The translations under genes and the position numbers were made by a program. DNA of 64,000 nt from Eledone cirrhosa (taxonomy: Eukaryota): the NCBI GenBank assembly GCA_964016885.1, contig OZ024743.1, positions 180,420,001-180,484,000 of the forward strand, given 5' to 3'. This document shows positions 1-14,770 of this stretch, one piece after another; positions within the stretch are counted from its first letter, which is position 1, and each line of letters starts with the position of its first letter. The notes below the pieces were generated by a model. It had not been told where the DNA came from and did not search any database. It worked only from the letters and a program-made list of their open reading frames with translations.

Positions 1-840
1 GGCGAGTCTTTTGTGACAGTTTTCAAGAATATAGGACGTTCCTGTAAAAAATGTTCCCATGTGTAACTTTGCCTTGTTCTTTTGCGCAAAGTCGAGCCCC
101 ACTTCAGTTTTATTGATTTTTTACATCAATGCGTGATCTCTGAAGTAGATTTGAGTAGCTAAAAACCTGTCCCGGTAAATTTGCTATAAGTGAAAAAAAG
201 TTGATCAAAATTGTATCTAGGGTTATTGCCCTTTGCCACAGCCTCAAGCCTCGTCTGACGGGATGTTGGTGATTCCTCCGTCAGCGCTTGTTGGCGACGA
301 AGGCGAACATCAGCAAGCCTTGTCGTACGTGATGTTGGTGACTCAACCAGCCGGGAAAGACGTCTATCAGCGAGTCGAGATTCGCGCTCAGCAGGTGTTT
401 CCTAGAGAAAATTAATTAATTCTACTGGTTAGCTAAGCCAATGGCAGTGTCAATAGTAAATGAGAAAAGTCTAACATGAACAAAAGGGAATCAAGGTAAG
501 ACAATAAATTTAATATAACTACGATTAGAATGTTGTAGTTGCTTAAAAGTGGTGACAGTTAGGATAAACGCAGTACTTACTAACATTAAGGGAGAATATT
601 GCATAAAGGATTAATCAATTGTGAATGAACTCATACCTGAGAACGCCTAATTCGTTGTCTCAAAGCAGTAGCTGTACCTTTTTTGGAGGTAAGTCTTGAA
701 CGTTTCCGTGTGGGCATAACGACGTGTAACGAAGCTGTTAGGTTAGAGAGAGGTGATTAAATACAGAGAGAGATGACACCAGATTCGTTAGCATGGTTAC
801 TGGTGAATGGGAAGGTTTGGAAATATGATTACAATAACTT

Positions 841-1095
841 ACCGAATTTTCCCGTCTATAAATTGCACTTAAAATAATTAAATTTAATCAAAAAACAGCT
901 CTGCGCTTTATACTCCGGTGAGCCTTATGTATAAATAATACAATGGTAATCAATCACGGCTCTAACAGAAGTAATAGATCTAGACTAAAAGTAAAGAAGA
1001 TGGCATTTTCCTGGTTGGCCTTACACGCCGTTGCGTGAACCTGATTTTAAATGATACGCCTTATATCCTGGTGAGCCTTATAGAGCGGAAAATAT
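841..1095. mobile_element. Degenerate pogo/Tigger-like MITE
   Basis: The ends ACCGAATTTTCCCGTCTATAA and TTATAGAGCGGAAAATA are imperfect inverted repeats. Internal GCCTTATA..CCGGTGAGCCTTAT sub-repeats are typical of such MITEs. Confidence 0.4.
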
Positions 1096-2242
1096 CTATT
1101 GGAAAAGAATACGAATTCATGACCAAGGTGTGACAAAATAGGCGTCTATACAGCGCCTGAAACAAACTTGTCCAAAACCCTAGGATTTTTCTCGTTAAGT
1201 ATCCACCCAAAAGGAACCGTTTTTTAGTTACAAAAAATAACCATATTGTATAGTAGCTATATTTCTGACATATCATGCCAAAAAGAACAATATGTTCAAA
1301 AATGTTCTAAAGTACATTCAATCTCTCTTTTTCACCGATATCTTAATAAGCAAGTTATCGATTTTTTATTGGCTGTCAGTGTCTATCTGCATGCAGGTGT
1401 GCACGTGTGCGCAATTAATTGCAAATACGCTCATAACATTTAGTCGTAAGCAGAACAAAAAATGCCATTAGAGGTGGGCTAATAATGAAGACACAAAAGC
1501 TGGTGAACTTACGTTTAAACACCCGAAAAGTTACTCACTTCCTGTGCAAAAGACTGTAACAGTAGTAATATAAATTAATTAATTTTTTAGAACCTTTTGT
1601 TTAAAAAAGGAAAACATTGGTACGGACGTAAAATTTTTTACAACTTTGTATGTGTACAATACAACTTGGTCAACGTATTATTTAGTAATTCTTTTTTTCA
1701 AAAAGTATGATTATTTAAGACTGTTTGAAAATTTACTCACATCTTTTAACATCACAAAAGACACCGTTAAATTTGGTTCCCTTTTCAGATAGGGATAATA
1801 CTGTATATCCACGTGAATAAGGTGGAATATGAAAAGATAAACTCTTTAATGGTCGGTCGTTTACTGAGACAGCTGGGAAGAGATGCAGCTGGCCGTCCAA
1901 TCAATAACGCACGTCCTTATATGGGCATATGAAATTTATTTTTATTGCGCCAGATGTAAACTAAGAGTTCTTGTGTTCGAATTCACATAAAATTTCATTG
2001 GAATCGAAAAACATTCTGTCATAGGGCCCGATTATCGATTTTTCGAAAATTTAAAGTAGCCTATTCCACTCTACGCGTTGAGTTTTATATATGTGTGAGG
2101 TTTCATAAAAATTGGATGAACGGTGTAGCATGCAAGTTCGAAACACCAAACAATGTCCATCTTCCCTTTATATATATAGATATAAATATATACATGTGTG
2201 TGTGCGTGTATGTATATTTATATGTATGTGTGTTAATGTATG

Positions 2243-2315
<73 letters not shown>

Positions 2316-2517
2316 GTGTATGTGTGTGTGTATGTATACAGAGAGAGGGAGAGAAATAGCGAGAAATTCCACACTCACACAGAAACGCGCACACACATAC
2401 AGCCATATCCATACAGACTATTACATATATAAACACACATTCTACATCAATGCACCACAAGCAGAAAGAGCTACACACACGGTTCCAGCTATATGCATGC
2501 GTAGCCATACACGCGCA

Positions 2518-2561
<44 letters not shown>

Positions 2562-2574
2562 ATTTATTAAAATT

Positions 2575-3850
<1,276 letters not shown>

Positions 3851-3855
3851 TACTT

Positions 3856-3925
3856 TACGGTTCTTATATATCTGATATATAGTTATCCTTATCGAGCCCT
3901 CTTTTGATATTAGTCTTCAAATTTA
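3856..3925 (+). mobile_element. Inverted pLTR end at the 5' truncation of PLE-A
   Basis: Same terminal sequence as 51535-51605, in opposite orientation to the adjacent element body. This is a classic PLE arrangement. Confidence 0.7.
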
Positions 3926-3948
3926 TTATTATTATTATTATTATTATT

Positions 3949-5268
3949 GTTCTTTGAGTCTCAGTCATTGGTGTAAGTTAACTAGAAAGTTTGTTGAAAT
4001 GAATATCAAGCCATTACCTGCAGCCTCAGATATTCAGTACGTATCGGAGGGTTCTTGCTGTTCCCAGCAAGCATGCCTTTTGAAGCGTTCCAAAAAGCGT
4101 GGCGGGGCCAATTTTCTTTAACCATCCCTGGAAACGTTTTGAGATAGTACCTAGTGCGCCTATAACAATCGGGACCACTTTGACTTCATGGCAGTTCCAA
4201 ATTGTTTTTACCTCCCACTTTAAGTCCTGGTATCGGTTACTTTTCTCCCTCTCCTTCTCTTGCACTCTCGTGTCGAATGGGTAGGCCACATCCACAATCA
4301 GGCACGATCTTTTTTCCTTGTCCAAAACCACCAGGTCAGGTCTATTGTGTTTCAGTTTCTTGTCCGTCTGTATCCTAAAATTCCACAGTACAGTACCTTC
4401 ACCTGATCGTTTTCTATCACCGACTCTGGCTTATGCTCATATCATTTCTCAGAATGTGGTAAATTGTTTACTTTGCATAGGTGCCAGTGGATCACCCTGC
4501 CCATCACATCATGTCTCCAGCACTTATAGTGAGTCTGGGCTAGCTCTTTACACTCGGATACAATGTGAGTCACAGTCTCCTCTCTCTCTCCACAGATCCT
4601 GCACAGTGGGCTAGCCTCCTCTTTGTAAATATGGTGTTTCACCAATTTCGTTTTGAGGGCCTGCTCTTGCGCAGCCATTAGCATTCCTTCTGTAGCCTTT
4701 TTAAGGTCTCCTCTTTTCAACCAGTTCCATGTCTGTGGATCTCTGAATTCAGTTTTCTCAAAGAAGGTACTATGAAGGGATTTTTCATGAAGGCTGCTCT
4801 TTCTCCTTGTTGTTATTTCCTCCTTGGACATCCCCCGGTCTATTGTCCTCTCCTTCAGTACAATCCTGAGCATTGGCTCCTTAATATCAGTCATGTATTT
4901 GTGTAGGTTGTTTTTCTCCATCTGAACACAGTCCTCTATGCTGATAAGACCTCTTTCACCTTCAGATCTCCTTAAGTAGAGTCTATTGACATCACACCTC
5001 TTGTGAAACATGTTGTAGATAGTCAATAACTTCCTAGTCTTCCTATCAGTTTCTTTTTGTTCAGCAACATTCCATCTCAGAATTCCCGCACTGTACCTAA
5101 TAATAGACACAGCTCGAGAATTTACTGCACTTATGGCATTCCTACTGTTCAGATGTGACTTTAATACACTCCTTACTCTCCGAATGTATTCAGATCTTAT
5201 CAATCCCTTCATTTTTTTTGTTCTTGATGTCATCAGCCTCCAGAACACCCAAATACTTGTATCCTTTT
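3949..5268 (-). mobile_element. 5'-truncated non-LTR retrotransposon with restriction-like endonuclease (R4/Dong-like), copy 1, frameshifted
   Basis: ORFs 4442..5248 and 4026..4331 show an RT-distal region, a CCHC knuckle (CRIC..HIVSEC), RHD, PD..D, K..RYQDL and IVIGALG. The 3' end abuts (TAA)n. Confidence 0.85.
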
Positions 5269-5280
5269 TTTATTATTATT

Positions 5281-6138
5281 CTTGTTCTTTGAGTCTCAGT
5301 CATTGATGTTAGTTAACTAGAAAGTTTGTTGAAATGAATATCAAGCCACTACCTGCAGCCTCAGTTATTCAGGACGTATCGGAGGGTTCTTGCTGTTCCC
5401 AGCAAGCATGCCTTTTGAAGCGTTCCAAAAAGCGTGAAGGGGCCAATTTTCTTTAACCATCCCTGGAAACGTTTTGAGATAGTACCTAGTGCGCCTATGA
5501 CAATCGAGACCACTTTGACTTCATGGCAGTTCCAAATCGTTTTTACCTCCCACTTTAAGTCCTGGTATCGGTTAATTTTCTCCCTCTCCTTCTCTTGCAC
5601 TCTCGTGTCGAATGGGCAGGCCACATCCACAATCAGGCACGATCTTTTTTCCTTGTCCAAAACCACCAGGTCAGGTCTATTGTGTTCCAGTTTCTTGTCC
5701 GTCTGTATCCTAAAATCCCACAGTACCTTCACCTGATCGTTTTCTATCACCGACTCTGGCTTATGCTCATACCACTTCTCAGAATGTGGTAAATTGTTTA
5801 CTTTGCATAGGTGCCAGTGGATCACCCTGCCTATCACATCATGTCTCTAGCCTTTATAGTGAGTCTGGTGTTTACACTCGGATACAATGTGAGTCACAGT
5901 TACCTCTCTCTCTCCACAGATCCTGCACAGTGGGCTAGCCTCCTCCTTGTAAATATGGTGTTTCAACCACTTCGTTTTGAGGGCCTGCTCTTGCGCAGCC
6001 ATTAGCATTCCTTCTGTAGCCTTTTTAAGGTCTCCTCTTTTCAACCAGTTCCATGTCTGTGGATCTCTGAATTCAGTTTTCTCAAAGAAGGTACTATGAA
6101 GGGATTTTTCATGAAGGCTGCTCTTTCTCCTTGTTGTT
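5281..6138 (-). mobile_element. R4/Dong-like REL LINE, copy 2 (shorter)
   Basis: Near-identical to 3949-4815. ORFs 5361..5837 (WDFRIQTDK..NRPDLVV..DVACP..EKINRYQDL) and 5847..6239. Confidence 0.85.
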
Positions 6139-6165
6139 ATGTATGTATTATTATTATTTTTATTA

Positions 6166-6570
6166 CTACAGCTGCATTTATCTTGCTTTATGTTTATACG
6201 AGTTATCACCAAGTCATAACCAGTGACCTCAAGAGACAACGAGGTCCGCCATGTTCAAGAAAGAACATACATACTCACACATGCATCTTTAGTGTTTAGA
6301 CTTGTGATGAACTTATATCGACAGAATCTTCCTTAGTATATGGGCAGTTCCCATTAGTACTATCTTTTGTATTTCTCCTATACGCGGGTTTCCTGGGATT
6401 TGCGATAAGTAATCATTAGACCCCTTAGGTATCATTCCTAGAGCACCTACAACCACTGGTATTGTTTTAGTTCTCAATTTCCACATTTTTCCAATTTCTA
6501 TCTCCAAGTCCTTATACTTGCTCAATTTTTCAAATGTCTTTATAGATACATTCTTGTCTATTGGAACGTT
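6166..6570 (-). mobile_element. 3' fragment of a second REL LINE subfamily
   Basis: ORF 6313..6660 contains EKLSKYKDLEIEIGKMW..IPVVVGALGMI..IQKIVLMGTAHILRKIL. Bounded by (TAA)n on both sides. Confidence 0.8.
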
Positions 6571-6661
6571 ATTATTATTATTATTATTATTATAATATAT
6601 AAAATAAAGTACCAGTAGTGTACTGGGTAATTGCTGGCCTTGTGTCAAAAGTAGAAACAAT

Positions 6662-6720
<59 letters not shown>

Positions 6721-6812
6721 AAGGTTAAACAAGGTTCAATGAATAAATCAAAGAATTAGTTTTACAATAGATTGGAATCACTCAACAGAAATGGTTTTCC
6801 GGAGCTATTAAT

Positions 6813-8403
6813 ATTAATTCAAAATATTAACAAAAATAGAACTTCTTGTGATCAAGTATATTTTATTATACATATTTCAGAGGTACTGAGCTAACTTCAA
6901 CAGTACGCCCTCATCTGATAAAATAAGATGCGTGACATACCTTGACATAATAGATGTTATGACAAAACACAATATTTATATACCTTAAGATTGAGACATG
7001 AAAAAAATTACATATAATACATATAATACAGAAGGTGCATGTAAGAAAGCTTAAAAATACATACCAGTAATTTACATAACTGTTAGAGATTCTAATAATT
7101 ATTGAAGAAAGAGGAAAGAAAAAAAGAAAGACAGAGAGAAAACAGATGAGGTGAAAATATAGCTAGTAGAGGTATAGAGAGCAAAAGAGAATTGATCAAG
7201 GAAAGAGAGACAAAGAGGAATAATTATAGGGAGGGATGAATTATATATATCTATACATAACTATACATTTGGGCATAGGTATGCGATAGAGTAAACTAGA
7301 AACTTTGAATTATTGAATTATCTAGAAATATTCATCAATCTAAGTCCTAAATATAACTGGGTGTAATTAATAAAGGTTAATTTCCTTAGTTAATTAGTTA
7401 TATATACTATCCAAACGTATCCGGTTGACCGTTAACTTTCAAATCATTTAAGTTAGTTCAGAATAATGAATTAATCAAAGTGTATAATATTTCAGGCTAT
7501 AAAAGTTTATAAATATCTGTATTAATATTAAAGTATACTATCATATTTAATTTATAAAATCATATTTTATGAATTCATATTTAAACTATTTTCAAACATG
7601 AGAAAGAAGACATGCTATTTTCATCCTCACGAAGGTAATTCTTATTAATTTTATTATAATATATTTAATTATTTATATTATATTGAAGATAATTCGCATT
7701 ATATAATTTATAAAATAATTACAGTTATAATTTTAAAAATTAAGATTAACAATTCGAATGCCTTAAAGCATCAAAAGGCCTTATAATTAAACTTTAAAAA
7801 GTTTATTATTAAATTAGATATATGCATTTGTCTAAATATAAACAAAGATTATATTGTCTAAAGATTAAGATGATACCTATCAGTTATATATAACATAATA
7901 TAATACAATAAATAAGTTACTGATAATATTGTTAAAAATTAAGGTTTTAGATCAATTATTATAATAACACATATACAAGTCAAACTTCGTGAATCATACG
8001 GCTAAGAATCTGATTCAAAGTAAAAAAGTGAACTGTCTGCGATCTTAAATTTTTTCATAAATTTATATAGTAGTATAATGTGTCTGCAAACACCTTATAC
8101 TACTATATAAATTACTGGCATGTATGTTTAAGCTTTCTTACACGCACCCTCTGTATTATATGTATTATATGTAAGTTTTTTCACGTCTCATTCTTAAGGT
8201 ATATAAATATTGTGAGTTTTGTCATATCTTACTCACTACCATGACTGGATCTTAACCATCTACTATGTCAGGGTATGTCATGCGTCATCTTATTTTATCT
8301 GATGAGGACGTACTGTTGAAGTTAGCTCAGTACCTCTGAAATATGTATAATAAAATATACTTGATCACCAGAAGTTCTATTTTTGTTAATATTTTGAATT
8401 AAT
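6813..8403. repeat. Long inverted repeat (arms ~6813-7072 and ~8108-8403) of a PLE-type terminus
   Basis: The arms are reverse complements of ~260-290 bp. Each contains an HHR motif, and the block is flanked by (TA)n. Confidence 0.75.
8291..8357 (+). ncRNA. Type I minimal hammerhead ribozyme
   Basis: TATTTTAT-CTGATGA-GGACGTACTG..CAGTACCTCT-GAAA-T ATGT A-TA-ATAAAATA: 8-bp stem I, intact core, AUA site. The inverted partner at 6859-6925 has core CAGATGA. Confidence 0.8.
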
Positions 8404-8472
8404 ATATATATATATATATATACATATATATAATATATTAACAAATGGAAACTATATTTATAAAACCATATT

Positions 8473-8537
8473 TATTTCATTATACATATTTCAAGGACAC
8501 CAAAGCAAATTATGGTGCGCTATCATCAGATAAAATA
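8473..8537 (-). ncRNA. Type I minimal hammerhead ribozyme
   Basis: Reverse complement reads TATTTTAT-CTGATGA-TAGCGCACCA..TGGTGTCCTT-GAAA-T ATGT A-TA-ATGAAATA. Same family as 41357-41421. Confidence 0.7.
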
Positions 8538-8726
8538 TAATATAGATCAGTTTTATAAACAAATATTGACATACCCTTAAAGAATGCGACCATGTCGGTT
8601 GGAAGCTCCTGAATAGTGGGGTTACTAATTTTATTATTGGTCTATTATGCAAAAATATTTGCTTGTTGTATCCCAACAAATTAAATATAACTTCTACATA
8701 TATATATATATACATATATATATATA

Positions 8727-8760
<34 letters not shown>

Positions 8761-8814
8761 AGTGGTTTTCATTGTGTGTGGGGGTGTTTGCGCGCGTGCG
8801 TGTACGTGTTTACA

Positions 8815-9150
8815 CATGCCCATAGTAGCGGAGCTCTCATCTCTAAATTCGGAGAATTAGGGGCTCTCTGATCTCCGAGTTACGTACTCTATCGAGTAAC
8901 ATTACTTCAAAGCCCTATGACCATAGGTAGAGGTTGGAACATATACTGAATTGAAGATAGCAAGTTCGGCTTTTACGACTACCCCTCCCCCCCTCTTCTG
9001 ATTACCGAAGCTGCAGCTGCCGCATTACTGTAACTGCTACCTTAATTCTTGCAGTTAATTCAGCCTCCTGCCTTCAATCCTTCATGAACACGGTTCCGAG
9101 ATACTGGAACTCCATTCACATGTAGAGTGCAGTGCTCAGGCTTCTTTGGG
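8815..9150 (-). mobile_element. Degenerate RTE-clade LINE fragment
   Basis: The minus strand reads LLDRVRNSEIRE and LRYYGH-like remnants. Related to 16993-17170. Confidence 0.5.
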
Positions 9151-9310
9151 AGAACGAGTGTAACTTAAAGTAACTCACCGTACACTGAATGTAACTTAAA
9201 GTAACTGAACGAGTGTAACTCAATGTACTTGAAGTAACTGACTTGCAACACCGGTTGCAAGTCAGTTACTTTCAGTTCTCTTAGAGTTGTCTCGAATATA
9301 TACATCTAAT

Positions 9311-9387
9311 ACACGCTGATGAAGCTGGGTGAATTCAATTCCAACACTGATTTTCTGACGAAACATTCTTTCTGAGTTTGTACGTGT
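9311..9387 (+). ncRNA. Type I hammerhead-like motif (weak stem II)
   Basis: ACACG-CTGATGA-...-GAAAC ATTC..GAGT..GTA-CGTGT. Stem I and the core are intact; stems II and III are imperfect. A strong hairpin lies just upstream at 9231-9272. Confidence 0.5.
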
Positions 9388-9513
9388 GTGATATATAGTT
9401 ATAAAGGTAGGTTGTTTCATTTTAATTTATCTTTTTAATTATACTGTATCTACCTCACCTTTCTTAGTTTTTAAGTTCCATACGCTGGTGCTATCTCCTG
9501 TAACCTGACGGAC

Positions 9514-9576
<63 letters not shown>

Positions 9577-9580
9577 CTTT

Positions 9581-9654
<74 letters not shown>

Positions 9655-9832
9655 TGTTTTCATCTCTATATTATATTTGAAGAGCCCAGGATTCTTTTTC
9701 CTTTGAGCTCATGAAGTATAGGGACTAACGCGAGTTTCTGACTCCGTTACTTCAGTTTGATATATATATACATACATACATACATACATACATACATACA
9801 TACATACGTACATACATACATACATACATACA

Positions 9833-11066
9833 TAGTGGCTGCCAACTCGTTTTCGAGTACGGCTAGTACTTTATATCCATGTAGGAGAACCCCTACCGAT
9901 GCGCTGAACGAGTGTGACTTTTTAGTCCAGCCAGCGACTTGAAAACTCTGGTACAAACACTACACTTGTGACAATTATTGACACATAGTGCTGGGCCCAT
10001 GGTACCATGTGACGACAAGTGCAGAGATCTCCAGATATAAGGCAATGCCTGTGCCATGAAGCTTTTATAGTGAGCAAAGGTACTGCACAAAGCCAGTCCC
10101 ACTCTCTTAACCAAGATGATATTTACCAAAAAGAAGAACAAGTCAACATCATTGGACACCATCAGAGTTGTAGGTGTTATATCAGAGTTGTCCTCCTAGA
10201 ATTCTGCCTTGACAAAGGCTAAGGGGTCATCTCTCCCGGTGATTTTGGATGGCCATTGACTCTTAAGAGCTCCTTTGCCCTTTGACAGGTTTTGTTTTTA
10301 GTCCTGCAGGATGTCCAAAGTCACCCTCCTCACCATGAAACCTTGGTGGGGTTGCCAGTTTAGTCGCCAACGACCCGACCATGAGACAGGTTGTACTGGC
10401 ATACATGTTACCAGTAGCACCAACTGGTGACCTGACATACATACATACATACATACATGGTGGCTGCCAACTCGTTTTCGAGTACGGCCACTACTTTATA
10501 TCCATGTAGGAGAACCCCTACTGATGCGCTGAACGAGTGTGACTTTTTAGTCCAGCCAGCGACTTGAAAGCTCTGGTACAAACACTACACTTGTGACAAT
10601 TATTGACACATAGTGCTGGGCCCATGGTACCATGTGACGACAAATGCAGAGAGATCTCCAGATATAAAGCAATGCCTGTGCCGTGAAGCTTTTATAGTGA
10701 GCAAAGGCACTGCACAAAGCCAGTCCCACTCTCTTAACCAAGATGATATTTACCAAAAAGAAGAACAAGTCAACATCATTGGATACCATCAGGGTTGCAG
10801 GTGTTATATCAGAGTTTTCCTTCTCCTAGAATTCTGCCTTGACAAAGGCTAAGGGGTCATCTCTCCCGGTGATTTTGGATGGCCATTGACTCTTAAGAGC
10901 TCCTTTGCCTTTTGACAGGTTTTATTTTTAGTCCTGCAGGATGTCGAAAGTCACCCTCCTCACCAAGAAACCTTGGTGGGGTTGCCAGTTTAGTCGCCAA
11001 CGACCCGACCATGGGACAGGTTGTACTGGAATACATGTTACCAGTAGCACCAACTGGTGACCTGAC
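9833..11066 (-). mobile_element. Two tandem ~610-bp non-autonomous RTE-type elements (9833-10436, 10457-11066) in (TACA)n
   Basis: Direct duplication. Each copy joins an RTE-like 5' UTR to a C-terminal C2H2 finger (CSVCTRVFKSLAGLKSH...H), a terminal stem-loop CTCGAAAACGAG and a (TGTA)n tail. Confidence 0.7.
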
Positions 11067-11749
11067 ATACATACATACATACATACATACATACATACAT
11101 ACTCTCGCAAAATACCCCAACTGTTGGACACCCCTAATGGTTGACGGAAATTTACTTTGGAAGAACTTTCGAACGAATTAATGAGAGAACCAAACGCAAC
11201 AACTACCTCTTATTTTCCATGCAACACCTTTATCTGGAACCAAAGCCTGGAAGGAAGATCTCCTGCAGGGTCCCATCCTGCCTCATATAACCACGGACAG
11301 CCTGTGAAGTTCATCCGGCTGCAACTGCACTGACCAAAACACCCGAAGCACTGTGAATATAACTGACTCTCTATAACTCGCCCCCACTCAGACATTTATC
11401 ACATATCTTTTCCTTATATTTTTTTCCTTCATTTTCTTTATAATTCCTTTTTTTGCTTCAGATATTTTTTTTTTTCCATTATTTTCTTTATAATTCCCTT
11501 TTCCCGTTTATCCTTACTCCTTTGTACCTTTTCTTATAGTTTTCCTTAAATCTTCATTATCAAAGAATTATTTGTCTCTACCGGATTGACCGAGATACCA
11601 ACTATATGATTATCGAATTTTTACATTCGTTACATTTGATACTTTAAATTTAGCCTGTCATTCTCGATAAGAGGCCAGCTTTTTTTCCAATGGGGTGTCA
11701 TAACAAATTAATATCCCTAATACGAATAGATTGGTAGACAGATTGGCGT

Positions 11750-12888
11750 ATATTTGTGGCTGATTATTAACCTACAATCCCTCGTAAAATTCGATCCTGT
11801 AAATATACGGTCGCACACACCACCACTGCCACCACTAGATACATCTCCATACTTCAACAATCATTAACATCATTAACATCACCAACACATATCATCCCTC
11901 CCTCTCAGAACCACTGTGTTATATCTGCCCTCTCTGTAAGCTTTACCCTGTAAACCACCGTAACATCTGATCATGTAAATATATTGTTGAACATATCACC
12001 CATCACCATGTCCACACACATCGCTATACGTTCACAACTTTATTTTCCCCGTGTTCCCTATGTCACTTTTTAACCTGTAACCCATCGTATAATTCGATCC
12101 TGTATATTTTTTGTCGCTCACAACACCACCACCGCCACCACAAGGCACATCTCCATACATCAACAATCATTAACATCATTAACATCACCAACACATACCT
12201 TCCCTCCCTAAGCAACGTGTAAGTATATTTATATGTACAACGCCATCTCCATTGGCTCTCTCCCTCCCTTTATCTATGTACTACGCCATCCCCACTGACA
12301 CCCTCCTCTTTCTATATATACACACACACACACATGTATATATATATGTGTATATATATATATGTATGTATGTGTGTATGTGTATATATGTCAGTGTGTA
12401 TATACGCATGTGTATGTATACAACGTTTTTGTCAGACTAAGAGTGTTTAGGTGTGTATCTCCTCATTGTATTGACACCACCAACACATCCACCACACCAC
12501 CATAAACACCACACCCACACCGCACACAATAATCAGCCACAAATATACGCCAATCTGTCTACCGACAAAACACCACCCCCGCACCACAGCCCATCTCAGC
12601 CTGCGACCGTCACCACCATCTTATCACCACACCCACCCCTACATAAACTACAGGCGAAAACATCCCTATGATCTATTCCACCAATCAAAACAATTCGTAT
12701 TGACCAACATATGAACTTCTGACTTTATCATATAGTATGTATTCATTTTCTACTAGCATTTTAAAGGGTCCGTCGAGCTGCCGATTATAGAGTCGGGTAA
12801 GATCGATACAGATAGAACCTTGAGCTGATCAGTGGCGAAACGCGCGTCACCTACCAATAAATGTAATGAAGGAGTAACCAATCGTCCT

Positions 12889-12890
<2 letters not shown>
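11750..12890 (+). repeat. C/A-rich degenerate element with an internal ~125-bp duplication and a PLE-like end
   Basis: 11780-11905 resembles 12082-12207. Ends with GAAACGCGCGTC, AATAAA and (TA)n. Confidence 0.4.
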
Positions 12891-12960
<70 letters not shown>

Positions 12961-13721
12961 TAAAAATTAGCGAGAATCGAATTTCAGCCCATGAAATAAC
13001 GAAAAAACACTTTCGAATTGTGAGGCAAGCGCTCAATAATTCAAAAGAATTAGAGCTTACAACTTACGTTAAAGGCCAAACACACTGAGATGGTGGTTAA
13101 ACTAATTATCCACACAGCGAAGATTCGATCTCCTATTTCGGGTCAAACAGATATACAGATATAAAAATATATGAAAGCATAAATGTTTTTTACTCACCGG
13201 ACCCCTGGAATGATGGTAAAGTCCAGTGTTGGGGTTTCTGCGGCTCCATAAGTCATTTACTGTCCACTTACATAAAGGATGTTAAGTTTCTCGTATCCTG
13301 ACTGAACTAGGAGTGCGCGTTATCAACGGGATTCAGTTCTAAAGACCACATAGATGTGTCTGTAACTGACCCCACGTGGGGTTCAGCAAGGGAGGCAACA
13401 CCTAAATTAGATATATATATATATATTCCTTCCATATACTGAACCGATTGTGATATTATTTCTGTTTACCTTTTACACACGCACACACATATATATATAT
13501 TTATATATATATATTTATATATATATATTTATATATACATATTTATATATACATATACTTATACCCATACACCACACACACACATATATATATATACATA
13601 TATATACATATATATATAATAGGAACGATCGACTTTCGTCAAATCGGACCGAGGAAACAATGTTTCCGTCGGTTTTTCCAATTGCTAATACTATCTATCG
13701 GTCGCAACTCCAGGTAGAAGT

Positions 13722-13786
<65 letters not shown>

Positions 13787-14134
13787 ACATGAGTGATGTG
13801 TATATATGTATGTGTATAAATATATGTATGTATTATATATATAACACACCGCTGCTGGAAGCGAAGTCTTCATATGGGAGTCAGATAACCATTATTGTAA
13901 TCTTTTACGTTGAATCAGATTATTATGCCAAAAGGACTCGGCGGTTACTTAATCTTTTCAGCATTTTGCCTTCCTTCCTTCTATCTAGTTTATCAGTGCT
14001 GAACACCTTTCTCAGATATTTCTTAGATGTTTCATTTCTGCACGAGAAAAATACACGTGACTGACAATTACCATTAAAGAACAGTTTAACAAATACGTCA
14101 GTATATAATCTAATGTCATATATTGGTTTCTTAT

Positions 14135-14335
14135 ATAGGCACACGGCCAGGGATATTTTGGGGGAGGGGAAAGTCGATTAAATCCACCCCAGCGCGTGAC
14201 TGGTACTTTATTTTACCGACCTCGTGAGGATGAAAGGCAAAGTTAACCTCGGCAGGATTTGAAGTCAGATCATAAAGGGCCGTAACTCTTTGCTGCAAAG
14301 CATGGCGTCCGACTCTCTACCGATACTGCCAATAC
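14135..14335 (-). mobile_element. tRNA-derived SINE of the dominant family (Nin/OR1-like core)
   Basis: Core CCGAGGTTAACTTTGCCTTTCATCC..GGTCGATAAAATAAAGTACCAG. Other copies lie near 6600, 18845, 20170, 29995, 30440, 33110, 56195, 57690, 61218 and 62090. Confidence 0.75.
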
Positions 14336-14451
14336 CGAGCTTACATATCTCAATATTACATTTCTGAGATAAATTGTGGTATTATTTTCAAATCTTCCCA
14401 CTTGTCATGTGCAGTGCATGAGAAAAGGAAAATCTTTGCCGATAAACAAGA

Positions 14452-14770
14452 TAGTGAGCGTCGGGCTTACACTCGTGAGTTCGATTCCCCACCGGGCTGA
14501 GTTGTGTTCTTGAGCAAGACATTATTTTACGTTGCTCTTGTTTACTCAGCTATAGAACTGAAATGCGACGTCACTGGTGCCAAGCTGTATCGGCCTTTGA
14601 CTTTCCCTTGGACACCTTGGTGACGTAGGGAGGAGGAAGACAAGTATGCATGGGTGAGCGCTGGTCTTCCGCAAACAACCTTGCCCGGAATTGTACCTCG
14701 GAGGGGAACTTTCTAGGTGCTAATCTCATGGTCATTCGTGACCGAAGGAGGTCTTTATCTTTACCCTTTA
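14452..14770 (+). mobile_element. tRNA-derived SINE, second family
   Basis: B box GAGTTCGATTCC, core TTGAGCAAGACA..GTTGCTC..TTACTCAGC, tail GGTCATTCGTGACCGAAGG. Homologous to 22258-22600. Confidence 0.75.

Noticed and set aside
233-415. 60-aa ORF near the window start
   Set aside because: TTG start, no motif and no splice evidence.
12811-12860. HHR-like 3' half GGCGAAACGCGCGTC before AATAAA
   Set aside because: No intact CTGANGA and no stem I. At best a decayed remnant.
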